DNA of 64,000 nucleotides from a phage: sequence record PX246730.1; one strand, 5' to 3'. Shown piece by piece: positions 9,091 to 18,198 of this stretch (position 1 is its first letter; each line of letters starts with the position of its first letter). The notes under the pieces were generated by a model. It saw only the letters and a program-made list of their open reading frames with translations, ran no database searches and was not told where the DNA came from. The position numbers and the translations under genes were made by a program.

Positions 9091-9348
9091 ATGGCTATTA
9101 TCAAAAACGTTGTAATTGCTGCAAAAACTCGTGATGACGCTCGCGTTATGGCTAAAAAGTTATGCGGGAAAGTGGTTGACAACGGGAAACAATCCGCTGT
9201 AAGATGGGGAGTAAAGGCTGATAAACAACTAACCTTAAAACGCAGTTCAAACAACCTTTTTAAAGGTGTAAAATCACTCGGTAAAGTGAACGTCTTTACC
9301 AAAAAAGGTTATAAAATGCACTTGTCATTAATTGGTAATTTAATCTAA
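9091..9348 (+). CDS. hypothetical protein
   Basis: start placed at second ATG after GGAGG RBS. Confidence 0.5.
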   Translation: MAIIKNVVIAAKTRDDARVMAKKLCGKVVDNGKQSAVRWGVKADKQLTLKRSSNNLFKGVKSLGKVNVFTKKGYKMHLSLIGNLI

Positions 9349-9392
9349 TAAAGTACTTTAAATGGCAAAGTATCACGTAAAGAGGCAACACC

Positions 9393-9725
9393 ATGCTAAT
9401 GACTGGCATCACCGCAATCATTGCCATTATAGCACTTTATAAGGCATATAAAGCCTATAATCTGGCAAGTAAGGCAATCACGCAGCAGGTTAGCAATAGC
9501 CTTGTAGAGAGCTTTCTGGAGCGTTTAAGTGATGAACAAATAAAACGGTTAGAAATGAGCTTCAGATTTCAATCAAAAACTTATCAAATCAGCGACATTT
9601 TTAAAGATGATTTTCAGCTTGTCGATGATTATAACGCTCTGATAAATGCTTTAAATATCAGTGACTTAAAAGACTACTACGCTGTAATTGTTCAAGAAAT
9701 GAGCAAACGAAAACAAAATGCTTGA
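9393..9725 (+). CDS. small membrane protein
   Basis: N-terminal hydrophobic segment ITAIIAIIALY. Confidence 0.5.
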   Translation: MLMTGITAIIAIIALYKAYKAYNLASKAITQQVSNSLVESFLERLSDEQIKRLEMSFRFQSKTYQISDIFKDDFQLVDDYNALINALNISDLKDYYAVIVQEMSKRKQNA

Positions 9726-9779
9726 CACTGGTTTTTATGTAGGTTAAATTACACAGCAACGGGGGGCGATAAACTCCCC
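9723..9779 (+). promoter_or_regulatory. early promoter (TTGACA-N16-TAAATT) + stem-loop A variant + leader
   Basis: hairpin GGGGGGCGATAAACTCCCC retains complementarity with changed loop. Confidence 0.6.
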
Positions 9780-9811
9780 ACTAAATAAAACCCTAAACTG
9801 GAGATTCTAAA

Positions 9812-10084
9812 ATGTATACTACTAACAACGGTCGCACCTTAAACGTAACCCTGCGCCACTATGTGAACGGTGTAATGCACTTTGAAGATTTACAAGCTGA
9901 GCAACATATCTTGGATTGGCAACTTGCAGGACTCCAAAAAACTGCTACGGGATACGGTAAAAAGATTCCAACCAGTTGGAAAGTACACTACGAAGGACGT
10001 TTGCGCAGAATTTATCAGGATGTTTACAGCAATAGCGCAACAAGTTACATCATGGTAAAAGGTAAAAAATTGCACTTAGTGTAA
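9812..10084 (+). CDS. hypothetical protein
   Basis: 90 aa; conserved leader. Confidence 0.55.
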   Translation: MYTTNNGRTLNVTLRHYVNGVMHFEDLQAEQHILDWQLAGLQKTATGYGKKIPTSWKVHYEGRLRRIYQDVYSNSATSYIMVKGKKLHLV

Positions 10085-10096
10085 AGTACTTTACAA

Positions 10097-10125
10097 GGGG
10101 CTTATAGTTCGATAAAGTAAGCCCC
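10097..10125 (+). repeat. intergenic hairpin B, copy 3
   Basis: identical stem-loop. Confidence 0.7.
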
Positions 10126-10171
10126 AGATAAAGAGCTTTACCGCATTAACCTTAAACTAAGAGATTCAAAA

Positions 10172-10576
10172 ATGGCTATCAATAAACGCGAATTATCAAT
10201 TTTAAAAGCACGTTTGACCGTTAACCGGATTAATGTTATTACGTCATCAGCACCAGACGAGACACTGCAAAACATTATTGGGAAGATTCAAAGTGTTATC
10301 TTAGACGTTGAAAGCGTAAAAAACTCACTGACTGACGTTGCAGCAGGTATCACCTTAAACGGTGCACAATATGAAATGGCTGACATGTTAGGCAAATCTA
10401 AGGTAATGAATAAAGAGCTTGATTTGAAAATGTTCAGATTCGCCGTAAAAGTATGGTTATCCGTCGATTATGACGCAAATTTTGCAATCGCTGACTTTTT
10501 CGCAACATGGTTACAACGTAATTTGACAAATCACGATTTTCGTGATATCTGCGATGCAATTTATGCAGAACTTTAA
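10172..10576 (+). CDS. hypothetical protein
   Basis: 134 aa; conserved leader. Confidence 0.55.
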   Translation: MAINKRELSILKARLTVNRINVITSSAPDETLQNIIGKIQSVILDVESVKNSLTDVAAGITLNGAQYEMADMLGKSKVMNKELDLKMFRFAVKVWLSVDYDANFAIADFFATWLQRNLTNHDFRDICDAIYAEL

Positions 10577-10585
10577 AAAATTTTG

Positions 10586-10645
10586 TTGACACTGGTTTTT
10601 AAATAGATTAAATTGTCAATCAACGGGGAGGGAATGACCTTCCCC
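10586..10645 (+). promoter_or_regulatory. early promoter (TTGACA-N17-TAAATT) + stem-loop A + leader
   Basis: same architecture as module at 9723. Confidence 0.65.
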
Positions 10646-10679
10646 ACTAAGTAAAACCCTTAAACTAGGAGATTCAAAA

Positions 10680-10883
10680 ATGGCTATTATTAACGGTTTA
10701 AACATTGAAACTACTCACATCAAAGATATCAAAGTAGGGGATATAGTCCTTTTTCACGGCGTAGAAAAAACCGTCACGGCGAAAGACATCAAAGAGGATT
10801 CTTTCATGGGTCGGTCTCTCTTTGGTGATTCTTATTGCTTGGGCTATCGTGCAGTTTTAAAAGTTGTAAAAAATAACGGATAA
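10680..10883 (+). CDS. small protein, KIKxGDxV paralog family
   Basis: 67 aa; motif DIKVGDIV. Confidence 0.55.
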   Translation: MAIINGLNIETTHIKDIKVGDIVLFHGVEKTVTAKDIKEDSFMGRSLFGDSYCLGYRAVLKVVKNNG

Positions 10884-10895
10884 AGTACTTTACAA

Positions 10896-10924
10896 GGGGC
10901 TTATAGTTCGATAAAGTAAGCCCC
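10896..10924 (+). repeat. intergenic hairpin B, copy 4
   Basis: identical stem-loop. Confidence 0.7.
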
Positions 10925-10970
10925 AGATAAAGAACTTTACCACTAAATCCTTAAACTAGGAGATTCAAAA

Positions 10971-11513
10971 ATGAAATGCTTTCACGGTACTACTCAAGAA
11001 AACTTCACCAACCTGATTAATAACGGTGATAAGCCATCAGGTGCATGGAATTGTTCGGATATGGACGGCAATTTTTACGTGTATCCAGAAAATAAAATCT
11101 ATGGCGACGATGCGGAAGAGATAATCTCTGAAGGTATCCAGCAAGCTCTGGGCAATGCCGCTATCACCGCAGCTTTTCAGATGAAAACCCAAAACATTGT
11201 TATCTTGGAACTTGATATTCCAGAAGATGAGTTAAATGATGATTATTCTTGTGATAATATGTCTGGCGTGGCAAGTTTTACGGAATATTTCGATTTAAAC
11301 TGGATTAAAAAGGTTTATACCACTGAATTTAATGCTATGTTTTCACCATTTTGTCTGCCTTCACTGGATAACCCGAATTTAAACTATATTGACGAGTCTC
11401 TGGAACTTCTCGCTAAAAGCGTTCAACAGTCCGACAGTATTCAGGTTTTTTGTGACATCATGGACACACTGACGGGAAACATCATAGAAAGAGATTTAAA
11501 GGGCTTTTTCTGA
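10971..11513 (+). CDS. hypothetical protein
   Basis: 180 aa; conserved leader. Confidence 0.55.
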   Translation: MKCFHGTTQENFTNLINNGDKPSGAWNCSDMDGNFYVYPENKIYGDDAEEIISEGIQQALGNAAITAAFQMKTQNIVILELDIPEDELNDDYSCDNMSGVASFTEYFDLNWIKKVYTTEFNAMFSPFCLPSLDNPNLNYIDESLELLAKSVQQSDSIQVFCDIMDTLTGNIIERDLKGFF

Positions 11514-11545
11514 AAACCTATACAATCACCTTATAAACACTATTC

Positions 11546-11566
11546 AGCCCCTTGCAGGGGCTTTTA
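11546..11566 (+). terminator. rho-independent terminator
   Basis: AGCCCCT-TGC-AGGGGCT hairpin plus TTTT. Confidence 0.6.
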
Positions 11567-11579
11567 AAGGGCTTTAATC

Positions 11580-11813
11580 ATGCTTACAACCGTTTATCTT
11601 ATCCTTTCTATCTGTAATGGTCATTCATGTGATTTTAAAGGTCTCGAGGAGTTTACAGGGAGTAAAGAAAATGCTATTCAGGTTTGCCAGATAGCAAGAC
11701 AAGACTACCCCGCCAGTGATGATATTCAATGTTACTTTAAGACAGAAGACAGCGACGGCGTTTATTTTGACAGCGTTGATGGTCAATATGAAATTATCAT
11801 TGATAAAGACTAG
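11580..11813 (+). CDS. small secreted/lipoprotein-like protein
   Basis: hydrophobic N-terminus with Cys (LILSICNG). Confidence 0.45.
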   Translation: MLTTVYLILSICNGHSCDFKGLEEFTGSKENAIQVCQIARQDYPASDDIQCYFKTEDSDGVYFDSVDGQYEIIIDKD

Positions 11814-11867
11814 ACAAGCCGGATAAAAGCCTGTAAATTATCAATCAACGGGAGGGACAACCTCCCC
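11811..11867 (+). promoter_or_regulatory. early promoter (TAGACA-N17-TAAATT) + stem-loop A variant + leader
   Basis: hairpin GGGAGGGACAACCTCCCC. Confidence 0.55.
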
Positions 11868-11902
11868 ACTAAATAAAACCCTTAAACTAGGAGATTCAAA
11901 AG

Positions 11903-12244
11903 ATGGCTTATGTAACTGTAATTACCAATAAACCGGATTCATCTTGGTCAACTCAAGTAAGTGATAAGATGACACCTATGCAGTGCCTAAAATACTTTGA
12001 GCAATGGAATAAAGGCGAGGATGTAAGCCCCTTCCAAGTAATGCAGATTATCCATACAGACGACGAAGGGGTTAAAACGGTTTTAAATAGTGAGTACTAT
12101 GCAACCCGATTCGAAACGAGATGTAAAACAATGAAACTATTACGTGAATCCGGTTATACCCATATTGCCGCGCTAATCTGGGATGACTTGCTAAAAAATC
12201 AGCGTATCAGTTACGTAAAACCTGAAAAAATATTCATCAGCTAA
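11903..12244 (+). CDS. hypothetical protein
   Basis: 113 aa; conserved leader. Confidence 0.55.
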   Translation: MAYVTVITNKPDSSWSTQVSDKMTPMQCLKYFEQWNKGEDVSPFQVMQIIHTDDEGVKTVLNSEYYATRFETRCKTMKLLRESGYTHIAALIWDDLLKNQRISYVKPEKIFIS

Positions 12245-12363
12245 TCAATAACTTACAAAAAACTTTTAAAAAAGTGTTGACAATACCCCTTGACATTGGT
12301 AATGTTGTTCGAGGGGGTTTATCTTAAAGGGATTCACTTAAAAGATTTCTTTAAAGATAAACT

Positions 12364-12377
12364 AAAAAAAAAAAAAA
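12364..12377 (+). repeat. A14 homopolymer immediately upstream of a promoter -35
   Basis: 14 consecutive A counted. Confidence 0.8.
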
Positions 12378-12381
12378 TTGC

Positions 12382-12438
12382 TTGCAATCAGCTATCAAAA
12401 CAAGTAAATTACTAATCAACGGGAGGGATGACCTCCCC
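12382..12438 (+). promoter_or_regulatory. early promoter (TTGCAA-N17-TAAATT) + stem-loop A variant + leader
   Basis: hairpin GGGAGGGATGACCTCCCC. Confidence 0.55.
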
Positions 12439-12472
12439 ACTAAATAAAACCCTTAAACTAGGAGATTCAAAA

Positions 12473-13003
12473 ATGAACAAATTTCAAGCTATCAACTTCA
12501 TTCGTTCAAATGCTGTAATGTCTAAACCTGTTAAAGATACCTACGAATTTCGCTGCAATGGTGTACACTTTGCAACCATCACCAAATCAGAAAAAGGGGC
12601 TTATTACATTCATCGTCGTAATGTTGCAACCGTTGTAGTCTCTCACTTTATGCAAGCTGTCGCGGAACTTCTCCCGATGTTTTTAGGGCTTTACTTAGAT
12701 GATTGTAAAAACGTTCACAATCACGTTAAAAACCTTTTAAATGGTTATAAAATGGCTTATGAACGTTCTATCAAGTCCTTGAACAAGTTCTATAAAGCCC
12801 CTGTAAATACCGTTTCAATGGCCTACGGCATAGGTGGCTGGACTGTTAACCTTTCTCTAGTGGAAGAAATCGAGCTTTATGATTTACGTCCTAATGGTTA
12901 CTCTAAGACACTGGGAGAAGGTTTAACGTTCAATATCAAAAACTTAGAAAAAACTTTAAAAGATATTGAAAAAGATATTGACGAAACAATCAAAAATCTG
13001 TAA
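12473..13003 (+). CDS. hypothetical protein
   Basis: start set at ATG after conserved leader (track ORF begins upstream at 12428). Confidence 0.55.
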   Translation: MNKFQAINFIRSNAVMSKPVKDTYEFRCNGVHFATITKSEKGAYYIHRRNVATVVVSHFMQAVAELLPMFLGLYLDDCKNVHNHVKNLLNGYKMAYERSIKSLNKFYKAPVNTVSMAYGIGGWTVNLSLVEEIELYDLRPNGYSKTLGEGLTFNIKNLEKTLKDIEKDIDETIKNL

Positions 13004-13034
13004 ATTATCAATCAACGGGAGGGACAACCTCCCC
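12978..13034 (+). promoter_or_regulatory. early promoter (TTGACG-N17-TAAATT) + stem-loop A + leader
   Basis: -10 overlaps stop codon of upstream gene. Confidence 0.55.
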
Positions 13035-13067
13035 ACTAAATAAAACCCTAAACTGGAGATTCTAAAA

Positions 13068-13268
13068 ATGAAAAGTAAAATCAAAGCTGGTGACTATGTA
13101 ATGGTCAAATCTGAGCGCAGCACTAATTCACCTGTAAGCGCCCACAAAATACACAAAGTATTAGAAATCTTTGCAAATAATACAATGCTATTACAAGGTT
13201 ACCCAGAGCCTTTAAAAGTTGAAATGTTTGCAAAGATGGTGATTGGTAAGGTAAGAGCTTACAAATAA
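13068..13268 (+). CDS. small protein, KIKxGDxV paralog family
   Basis: 66 aa; motif KIKAGDYV. Confidence 0.55.
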   Translation: MKSKIKAGDYVMVKSERSTNSPVSAHKIHKVLEIFANNTMLLQGYPEPLKVEMFAKMVIGKVRAYK

Positions 13269-13280
13269 AGTACTTTACAA

Positions 13281-13309
13281 GGGGCTTATAGTTCGATAAA
13301 GTAAGCCCC
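13281..13309 (+). repeat. intergenic hairpin B, copy 5
   Basis: identical stem-loop, here followed by a terminator. Confidence 0.7.
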
Positions 13310-13321
13310 AGATACCTTCAA

Positions 13322-13346
13322 AGCTCCTTTTCATAGGGGCTTTTTT
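13322..13346 (+). terminator. rho-independent terminator ending rightward early block
   Basis: AGCTCC...GGGGCT hairpin plus TTTTTT. Confidence 0.6.
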
Positions 13347-13849
13347 ACGTCTATCAAATCCCTTATACAGCCCTTTCCCTTTCCTTTCCAGAATCTATCC
13401 CACTGATTCGATAGTGATTCAGGTAATGAATTACCCTCATAGAACCTAGCTCATACCTTAAAAAGCAATAACTCTATAGTCTACCCTATAGCCTTTTATC
13501 AAATCAACTAAGTGGCATTGTTACCAATCCCTTAAATACAAGCCCATAGCCCGAAAGGGAAGGGCAACCCCTAAAACGCTCTATAAAGCTCTATAACAGC
13601 CTTATCAACCTAACTTAAGGGATTGCATTACCTCACCCTTAAAAGCCCTTTATAGAGCTTCCCAGAGCCTTAAAAGAATCTTATAAGGGTGTGAGCTTTA
13701 TTATCTCGTTAGTATCCTTGTGAACTACTAAACAACCCCTTGATAGTCACTAAAAAGTATGTTATAGGGGTTTAAAAGTTACTTTGAAGTTACGTAAAAG
13801 GGGCTATAAAGTTACGTAAATGCTAGCCCCTTTAACATTTTTTAACAAT

Positions 13850-14940
13850 TCTTTAACAAACCCTACATAGTTATGTTTGTTAGAGACTTGTTAGCCCCTT
13901 GTTAAATCTCTGTTAAGACCACGTAAAAGCCTTGTAAGAGTCTTTGACATAGCCTTAAAAGCTCCTGTAAAGCCTTATAAAGAGCTTTCTACATAGTTGG
14001 GGTGTAATTACTAGGAAGAGCCTAAAAAGAGCTTATAAGGGGCTATAAAGGGCTTTTAAAAGGGCTATTTAAAAGGTCACTAAGAGGGAAAGGGAACGAT
14101 AAGACCAGAGATAGTGACCATGTTAATAGCTTGTTAAAAAGGTTAAACACTTGTTAGGAACTTGTTAATTATCTAATTGGTATTGTTATGAGGATGCTTC
14201 ATCCGAATCATCTACCAATCCCTACAAAATAACCCTTTAAAATTAACTATATAGCACTTGTTAGTCATCTATTAAGATTCTGTAAAGCCTATTCAGCACT
14301 TGTTAATGGACTGTTACCCTCTTGTTAGTTCTATTAAGAAACTGTTAAAACCTTTGGAGAGATGTTAAAAAGATGTGAGAACTGTTAAGAGATTGTTAAG
14401 GATATTTTAAAATTTTGCAAAGGGGGTGTTAAGGAGCTGTTAAGGGCTACCAAGCAGATATACATCCTAATCAGATATTTTTCAGTTCCTTCAAAGACCC
14501 TAAAAAATGACTTGATAGTCTTATTTTATAAAAATTTTAAGATTCTGAATAATTACCTATACAGCCTTTTAAAAATACAGGTAGAAACAGGCTTATAAGA
14601 TACCTTGTTAGTACCGTGTTAGACCTTGTGAGATAAGGTCTGTAAAGATATTCCTGTTAAGTTTGTTAAAACAGTCTATATAGAGGCTTAGTAGTACCTA
14701 GTGAACACCTATAGAGAGTGTCATAGCTTACCTAGAGGTTAAGAGGTGTATAGGAGCTTCTAAGAGTGTGTAGAGAGATGATTAAGGTGATTGTATAGGT
14801 TGTTTAGAAGGCTTGTTAGAGGGCTTGTTAGAAGGGTTATACAGATGGCTATTAAGACCACTAGATAGTTACTAAGATACTATATAGTACTATATAACTA
14901 TATATAGAGAGTAAGCTTAAGAAGGTTGTTAAGAAGGGTA
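13850..14940. repeat. dense array of short iterated words (YTGTTAR, CTTAAAAG, CTATAAAG, CTTATAAG) in ORF-free region
   Basis: 25 or more YTGTTAR copies and many palindromic CTTATAAG-type boxes; no ORF >=60 aa on either strand. Confidence 0.7.
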
Positions 14941-15027
14941 GATATTTTATTCACATATGATGGTGACCCATAGGTTGGGACAACCGATAAAATTTTATAA
15001 AAATTATAAATTTCGTAAATTTTACTC

Positions 15028-15054
15028 AATAAAAAGCCCCCAATTAAGGAGGCT
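15028..15054 (-). terminator. rho-independent terminator ending the leftward block
   Basis: minus strand AGCCTCC-loop-GGGGGCT plus TTTTTATT. Confidence 0.6.
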
Positions 15055-15065
15055 CTTAAGATATT

Positions 15066-15671
15066 TTAAACCAGTGTTTCCAGAACTGTCTTCAATGATG
15101 ACTTGGTTGTCTGATAAAAATGAGTAAAGCCATTGTTGTTATCAAATACCTGCATCATGATATCATCTCCCTTGATTGGGTACACTCGGATATCATAGTG
15201 AAAACCATTAAAGACACAAGAGCCATTACAGAATGCACTAAAGTCATCAACTGAGATATACTCTTCATGTCCTGTGATTTTTATACAAACGCCTTTACTC
15301 GGTCTCTTAGGGTTGATATCTTCCATCACAGACATACTCTGTCCACCAAGAGATACCATAGTGACCACTTTACGGTTCTTCTGTCTAAAGTACATCTTAA
15401 CTTTCTGTAAAGTGTCTTCATAGAACGGATAAGACTTCTCTACAAAGATTCCTTCAAGTGGCTCTTTACCATTTTCAACTTCTCTGTTATGCCGTACTGC
15501 AAAGATAATTTGTTCAAACCAGTCAAGATTTTCTTCGGAGAGTGCTTCCCGAATATCATTCCAGTCAAGGACTAGGTAGTTGCCTTCAACATCTTTTAAG
15601 TTATCTTTTTCCATATCTATCACACCATTATCGTAAAACTTGGTAAGCTGGTACTGCAAACTTGTTGCCAT
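15066..15671 (-). CDS. hypothetical protein
   Basis: 201-aa ORF, ATG start verified. Confidence 0.5.
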   Translation of the reverse strand: MATSLQYQLTKFYDNGVIDMEKDNLKDVEGNYLVLDWNDIREALSEENLDWFEQIIFAVRHNREVENGKEPLEGIFVEKSYPFYEDTLQKVKMYFRQKNRKVVTMVSLGGQSMSVMEDINPKRPSKGVCIKITGHEEYISVDDFSAFCNGSCVFNGFHYDIRVYPIKGDDIMMQVFDNNNGFTHFYQTTKSSLKTVLETLV

Positions 15672-16092
15672 TGTTCTTAATGAGGTCTTCTTCTGTTACT
15701 AAGAATGTAATCCCACATAAGTGTGTGTAGTGGCTATCATACTCAAATATTTTAAGTAAGTATTTACCATCGTGATAAACAGATTCTACTACACCTTTTG
15801 CAACAATCTTTCCAGTCTTGAAGTCTTTAAGAGGGTATACATTACCAACTTTAGGAACTGTTTTCATCTCAGGTTCTTTTAGCTTCTCACCAGCTTCTAC
15901 ATCACCTAGTAAGTGAGAACTCTCAAACGCTACATATTGCATATAAGCTTCTGAGCATTCCCAGATAAAACAATGTACAAGCACCTTAGCAGCATGTCTT
16001 GAGCAATTCAGCTTATCACAAATCTCTTTGTACATCTCATCTTTAGTTGAGTTGTCAAGCATTGCTTTTTGAACTACTACTTTAACCTTCAT
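15628..16092 (-). CDS. hypothetical protein
   Basis: 154-aa ORF in operon. Confidence 0.5.
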   Translation of the reverse strand: MKVKVVVQKAMLDNSTKDEMYKEICDKLNCSRHAAKVLVHCFIWECSEAYMQYVAFESSHLLGDVEAGEKLKEPEMKTVPKVGNVYPLKDFKTGKIVAKGVVESVYHDGKYLLKIFEYDSHYTHLCGITFLVTEEDLIKNNGNKFAVPAYQVLR

Positions 16093-16510
16093 AAGCTCTC
16101 CGAATAACCCTATTAAGCATCTCTAAAGTCAGCTTTCCAGATTCTAAATGTGGCATAACAAGTTTTAAAGCTTTTTCAACATCATGCACAACATCTATTA
16201 TACCTTCTGCATAGGCTTCTACAAGGATATCTTTTACGTTTTGTTGGTTACCTTTTTGTGGTATCATTAGACGCATATCAAAATCATTTGCTTGAGGATG
16301 GTCACTGCCACGCCAATAACCCTCTTTGTTAAAGCTGATGTAGTTACCGTGGTAAAAGTGTATACCATTAACTTTAAACTTTTCCAGTACAAGGCATTGA
16401 ATGGGGTATTCAGTGTCCCAATCCCTGACTCCTAGAGCCTTCACTGTTGCGATATACTTCTGTGTTTTTGCATCTATGATGTCAAGTTCTTGACCAGCTA
16501 TGATTTGCAT
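16082..16510 (-). CDS. hypothetical protein
   Basis: 142-aa ORF in operon. Confidence 0.5.
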   Translation of the reverse strand: MQIIAGQELDIIDAKTQKYIATVKALGVRDWDTEYPIQCLVLEKFKVNGIHFYHGNYISFNKEGYWRGSDHPQANDFDMRLMIPQKGNQQNVKDILVEAYAEGIIDVVHDVEKALKLVMPHLESGKLTLEMLNRVIRRAYEG

Positions 16511-16564
16511 ATTCGCTACCTTCTAAGTTTCTACAAAGGGGCTATCAAGTAACCCCTCAAGTTA

Positions 16565-16789
16565 TTACTCAGACTTTTCAGTTTTCTTATCGGATTTCTT
16601 ACTAGTCTTCTTCTCAGCTTTCTGCTCAGGTTCCTTCTCAGAAGTTGCCTTGATAACCATATCAAGAAGCTCTGATAAGTCACTCTTCAGTAAAGTAACA
16701 GGCTGCTCATTGTAGAAGTTTTTGTCAAGATAAACTTTGAACTCTTCTATAGAAGGAAATCCAAAAAATGGTACAGGTGTCTTAATCAT
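16565..16789 (-). CDS. hypothetical small protein
   Basis: 74-aa ORF. Confidence 0.4.
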   Translation of the reverse strand: MIKTPVPFFGFPSIEEFKVYLDKNFYNEQPVTLLKSDLSELLDMVIKATSEKEPEQKAEKKTSKKSDKKTEKSE

Positions 16790-16865
16790 TACTTAGTCTC
16801 TCCATAGGCATCTTTTAAGATTGCCTTGTTAATCATTTCAGCGATTGCAAAACGAACACATACAG

Positions 16866-17399
16866 CTATAATTGTAGGTTGCATTCTTTACTTACCTCTT
16901 CAAGTTTAACCTCAGAGTCCTTAAGCCGTTTCTTATGAACTCTGAACCTCATTAGTGAGATGATGATACCAGCTAAAGGAACAGCATACAAGTACCAAAC
17001 ATCATGTACCTTTGCAGTAATCTGTGCAATGGTCAAGTCTTGAGCTATACAACTGATTGCTGATACTGCCAGTAACATTGCTAAGAAGAACGCCAGTACC
17101 ATAACAATACTTAGGCAGCCTCTGGCATGGTGTTCATGCTTAATACACTTGTTCTTTTCATCAACAACCCTGTTGTAGTCGTTTGTAAAGTCTCTGTAGA
17201 AAGCTTTCAAGTATTCTTGACTGTAGCCCTCAAAGCAACCTGTACCGTACCAATAATCACCACCAAAATGTGCTATGATACCGGTATCTCCATTCGGTTT
17301 GGTTACTTTTAAAGAAGTATGATGACCAGTCTTCTGGTAATCTATTTTGTATCTTTCTTCGTAAATCATTTCCCAACCCCTCTCAATCGTTTGTTCCAC
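16866..17399 (-). CDS. membrane protein with two C-terminal TM segments
   Basis: hydrophobic stretches LSIVMVLAFFLAMLLAVSAI and YLYAVPLAGIIISL. Confidence 0.5.
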   Translation of the reverse strand: MEQTIERGWEMIYEERYKIDYQKTGHHTSLKVTKPNGDTGIIAHFGGDYWYGTGCFEGYSQEYLKAFYRDFTNDYNRVVDEKNKCIKHEHHARGCLSIVMVLAFFLAMLLAVSAISCIAQDLTIAQITAKVHDVWYLYAVPLAGIIISLMRFRVHKKRLKDSEVKLEEVSKECNLQL

Positions 17400-17581
17400 T
17401 CAAGGTCAACAAGTCTTTGCAGGACTTTCCCTCTAGGTGTTACACCCTTTAAATCTGCATCATAGCAACGGTAAAAGTCACCTTCAGCGTGTTTACCATA
17501 GCATTTTCTGATATTCTGACTCCTACGATATTGTTCTAATAGAGACAGCTTGTAGTAATCTTCAACTGTAGTTAGTTTTTT
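17366..17581 (-). CDS. hypothetical small protein
   Basis: start trimmed to internal ATG to avoid overlap with upstream gene. Confidence 0.35.
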   Translation of the reverse strand, partial: KKLTTVEDYYKLSLLEQYRRSQNIRKCYGKHAEGDFYRCYDADLKGVTPRGKVLQRLVDLEWNKRLRGVGK

Positions 17582-18126
17582 CATTCTTTCACCATAGCGT
17601 TTCTGAACTGGCGTTGTGTTTCTCTTGTAATTTCGTTTGGAGTAAAACCAGCTTTTAGCATATGCCTGAAAAGACACTCTAAGTGGTTCTCTTCTATAAT
17701 GTAAGTGGCCTTTGTAACAGATGTTTTAAGTTCATCTAAGTTACTATGTAGCTCCTTACACTTACTGGTAAGTTCTGTATCAACTCTCTTAAATACTGGC
17801 ATGAGATGTGTATGACCACCTTTAGCAGCATCCATGAAAAATTTAAAAGATTCTTCAGAGTCCTTTAAAGCAATCCCTATAAAGTTCTTGTAAACACCTG
17901 TGAAAGATAAAGACTCAATTTCAGCAGTTGAGTATACAGTCCCTGCGCACAGTCTTGCAGAAGTACTAAATGTGTGGTTTGGTGTTGTGTCAAAGTCTAA
18001 GTTCTTCAGTGGTCGGAAATAAACTGTACCATTGTGTGAAATGTGTGTTACAACAGCCTCAACACTCTTTGAAGGATTCTGTTTAACATACAAAATAATT
18101 TTATCGTGTTCTTTCACTTTAGCCAT
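17581..18126 (-). CDS. hypothetical protein
   Basis: 181-aa ORF. Confidence 0.5.
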   Translation of the reverse strand: MAKVKEHDKIILYVKQNPSKSVEAVVTHISHNGTVYFRPLKNLDFDTTPNHTFSTSARLCAGTVYSTAEIESLSFTGVYKNFIGIALKDSEESFKFFMDAAKGGHTHLMPVFKRVDTELTSKCKELHSNLDELKTSVTKATYIIEENHLECLFRHMLKAGFTPNEITRETQRQFRNAMVKE

Positions 18127-18198
18127 ATCTACTCTCCAGAAACTAAAAAGGGAACTACCTCTCGATAGCTCCCATCATAATCAATATTGTATACTCGG

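Noticed and set aside
13350-15027. Possible CRISPR array in the repeat-dense region
   Set aside because: Repeats are short (7-10 bp), heterogeneous and irregularly spaced, without uniform repeat-spacer periodicity; no cas genes.
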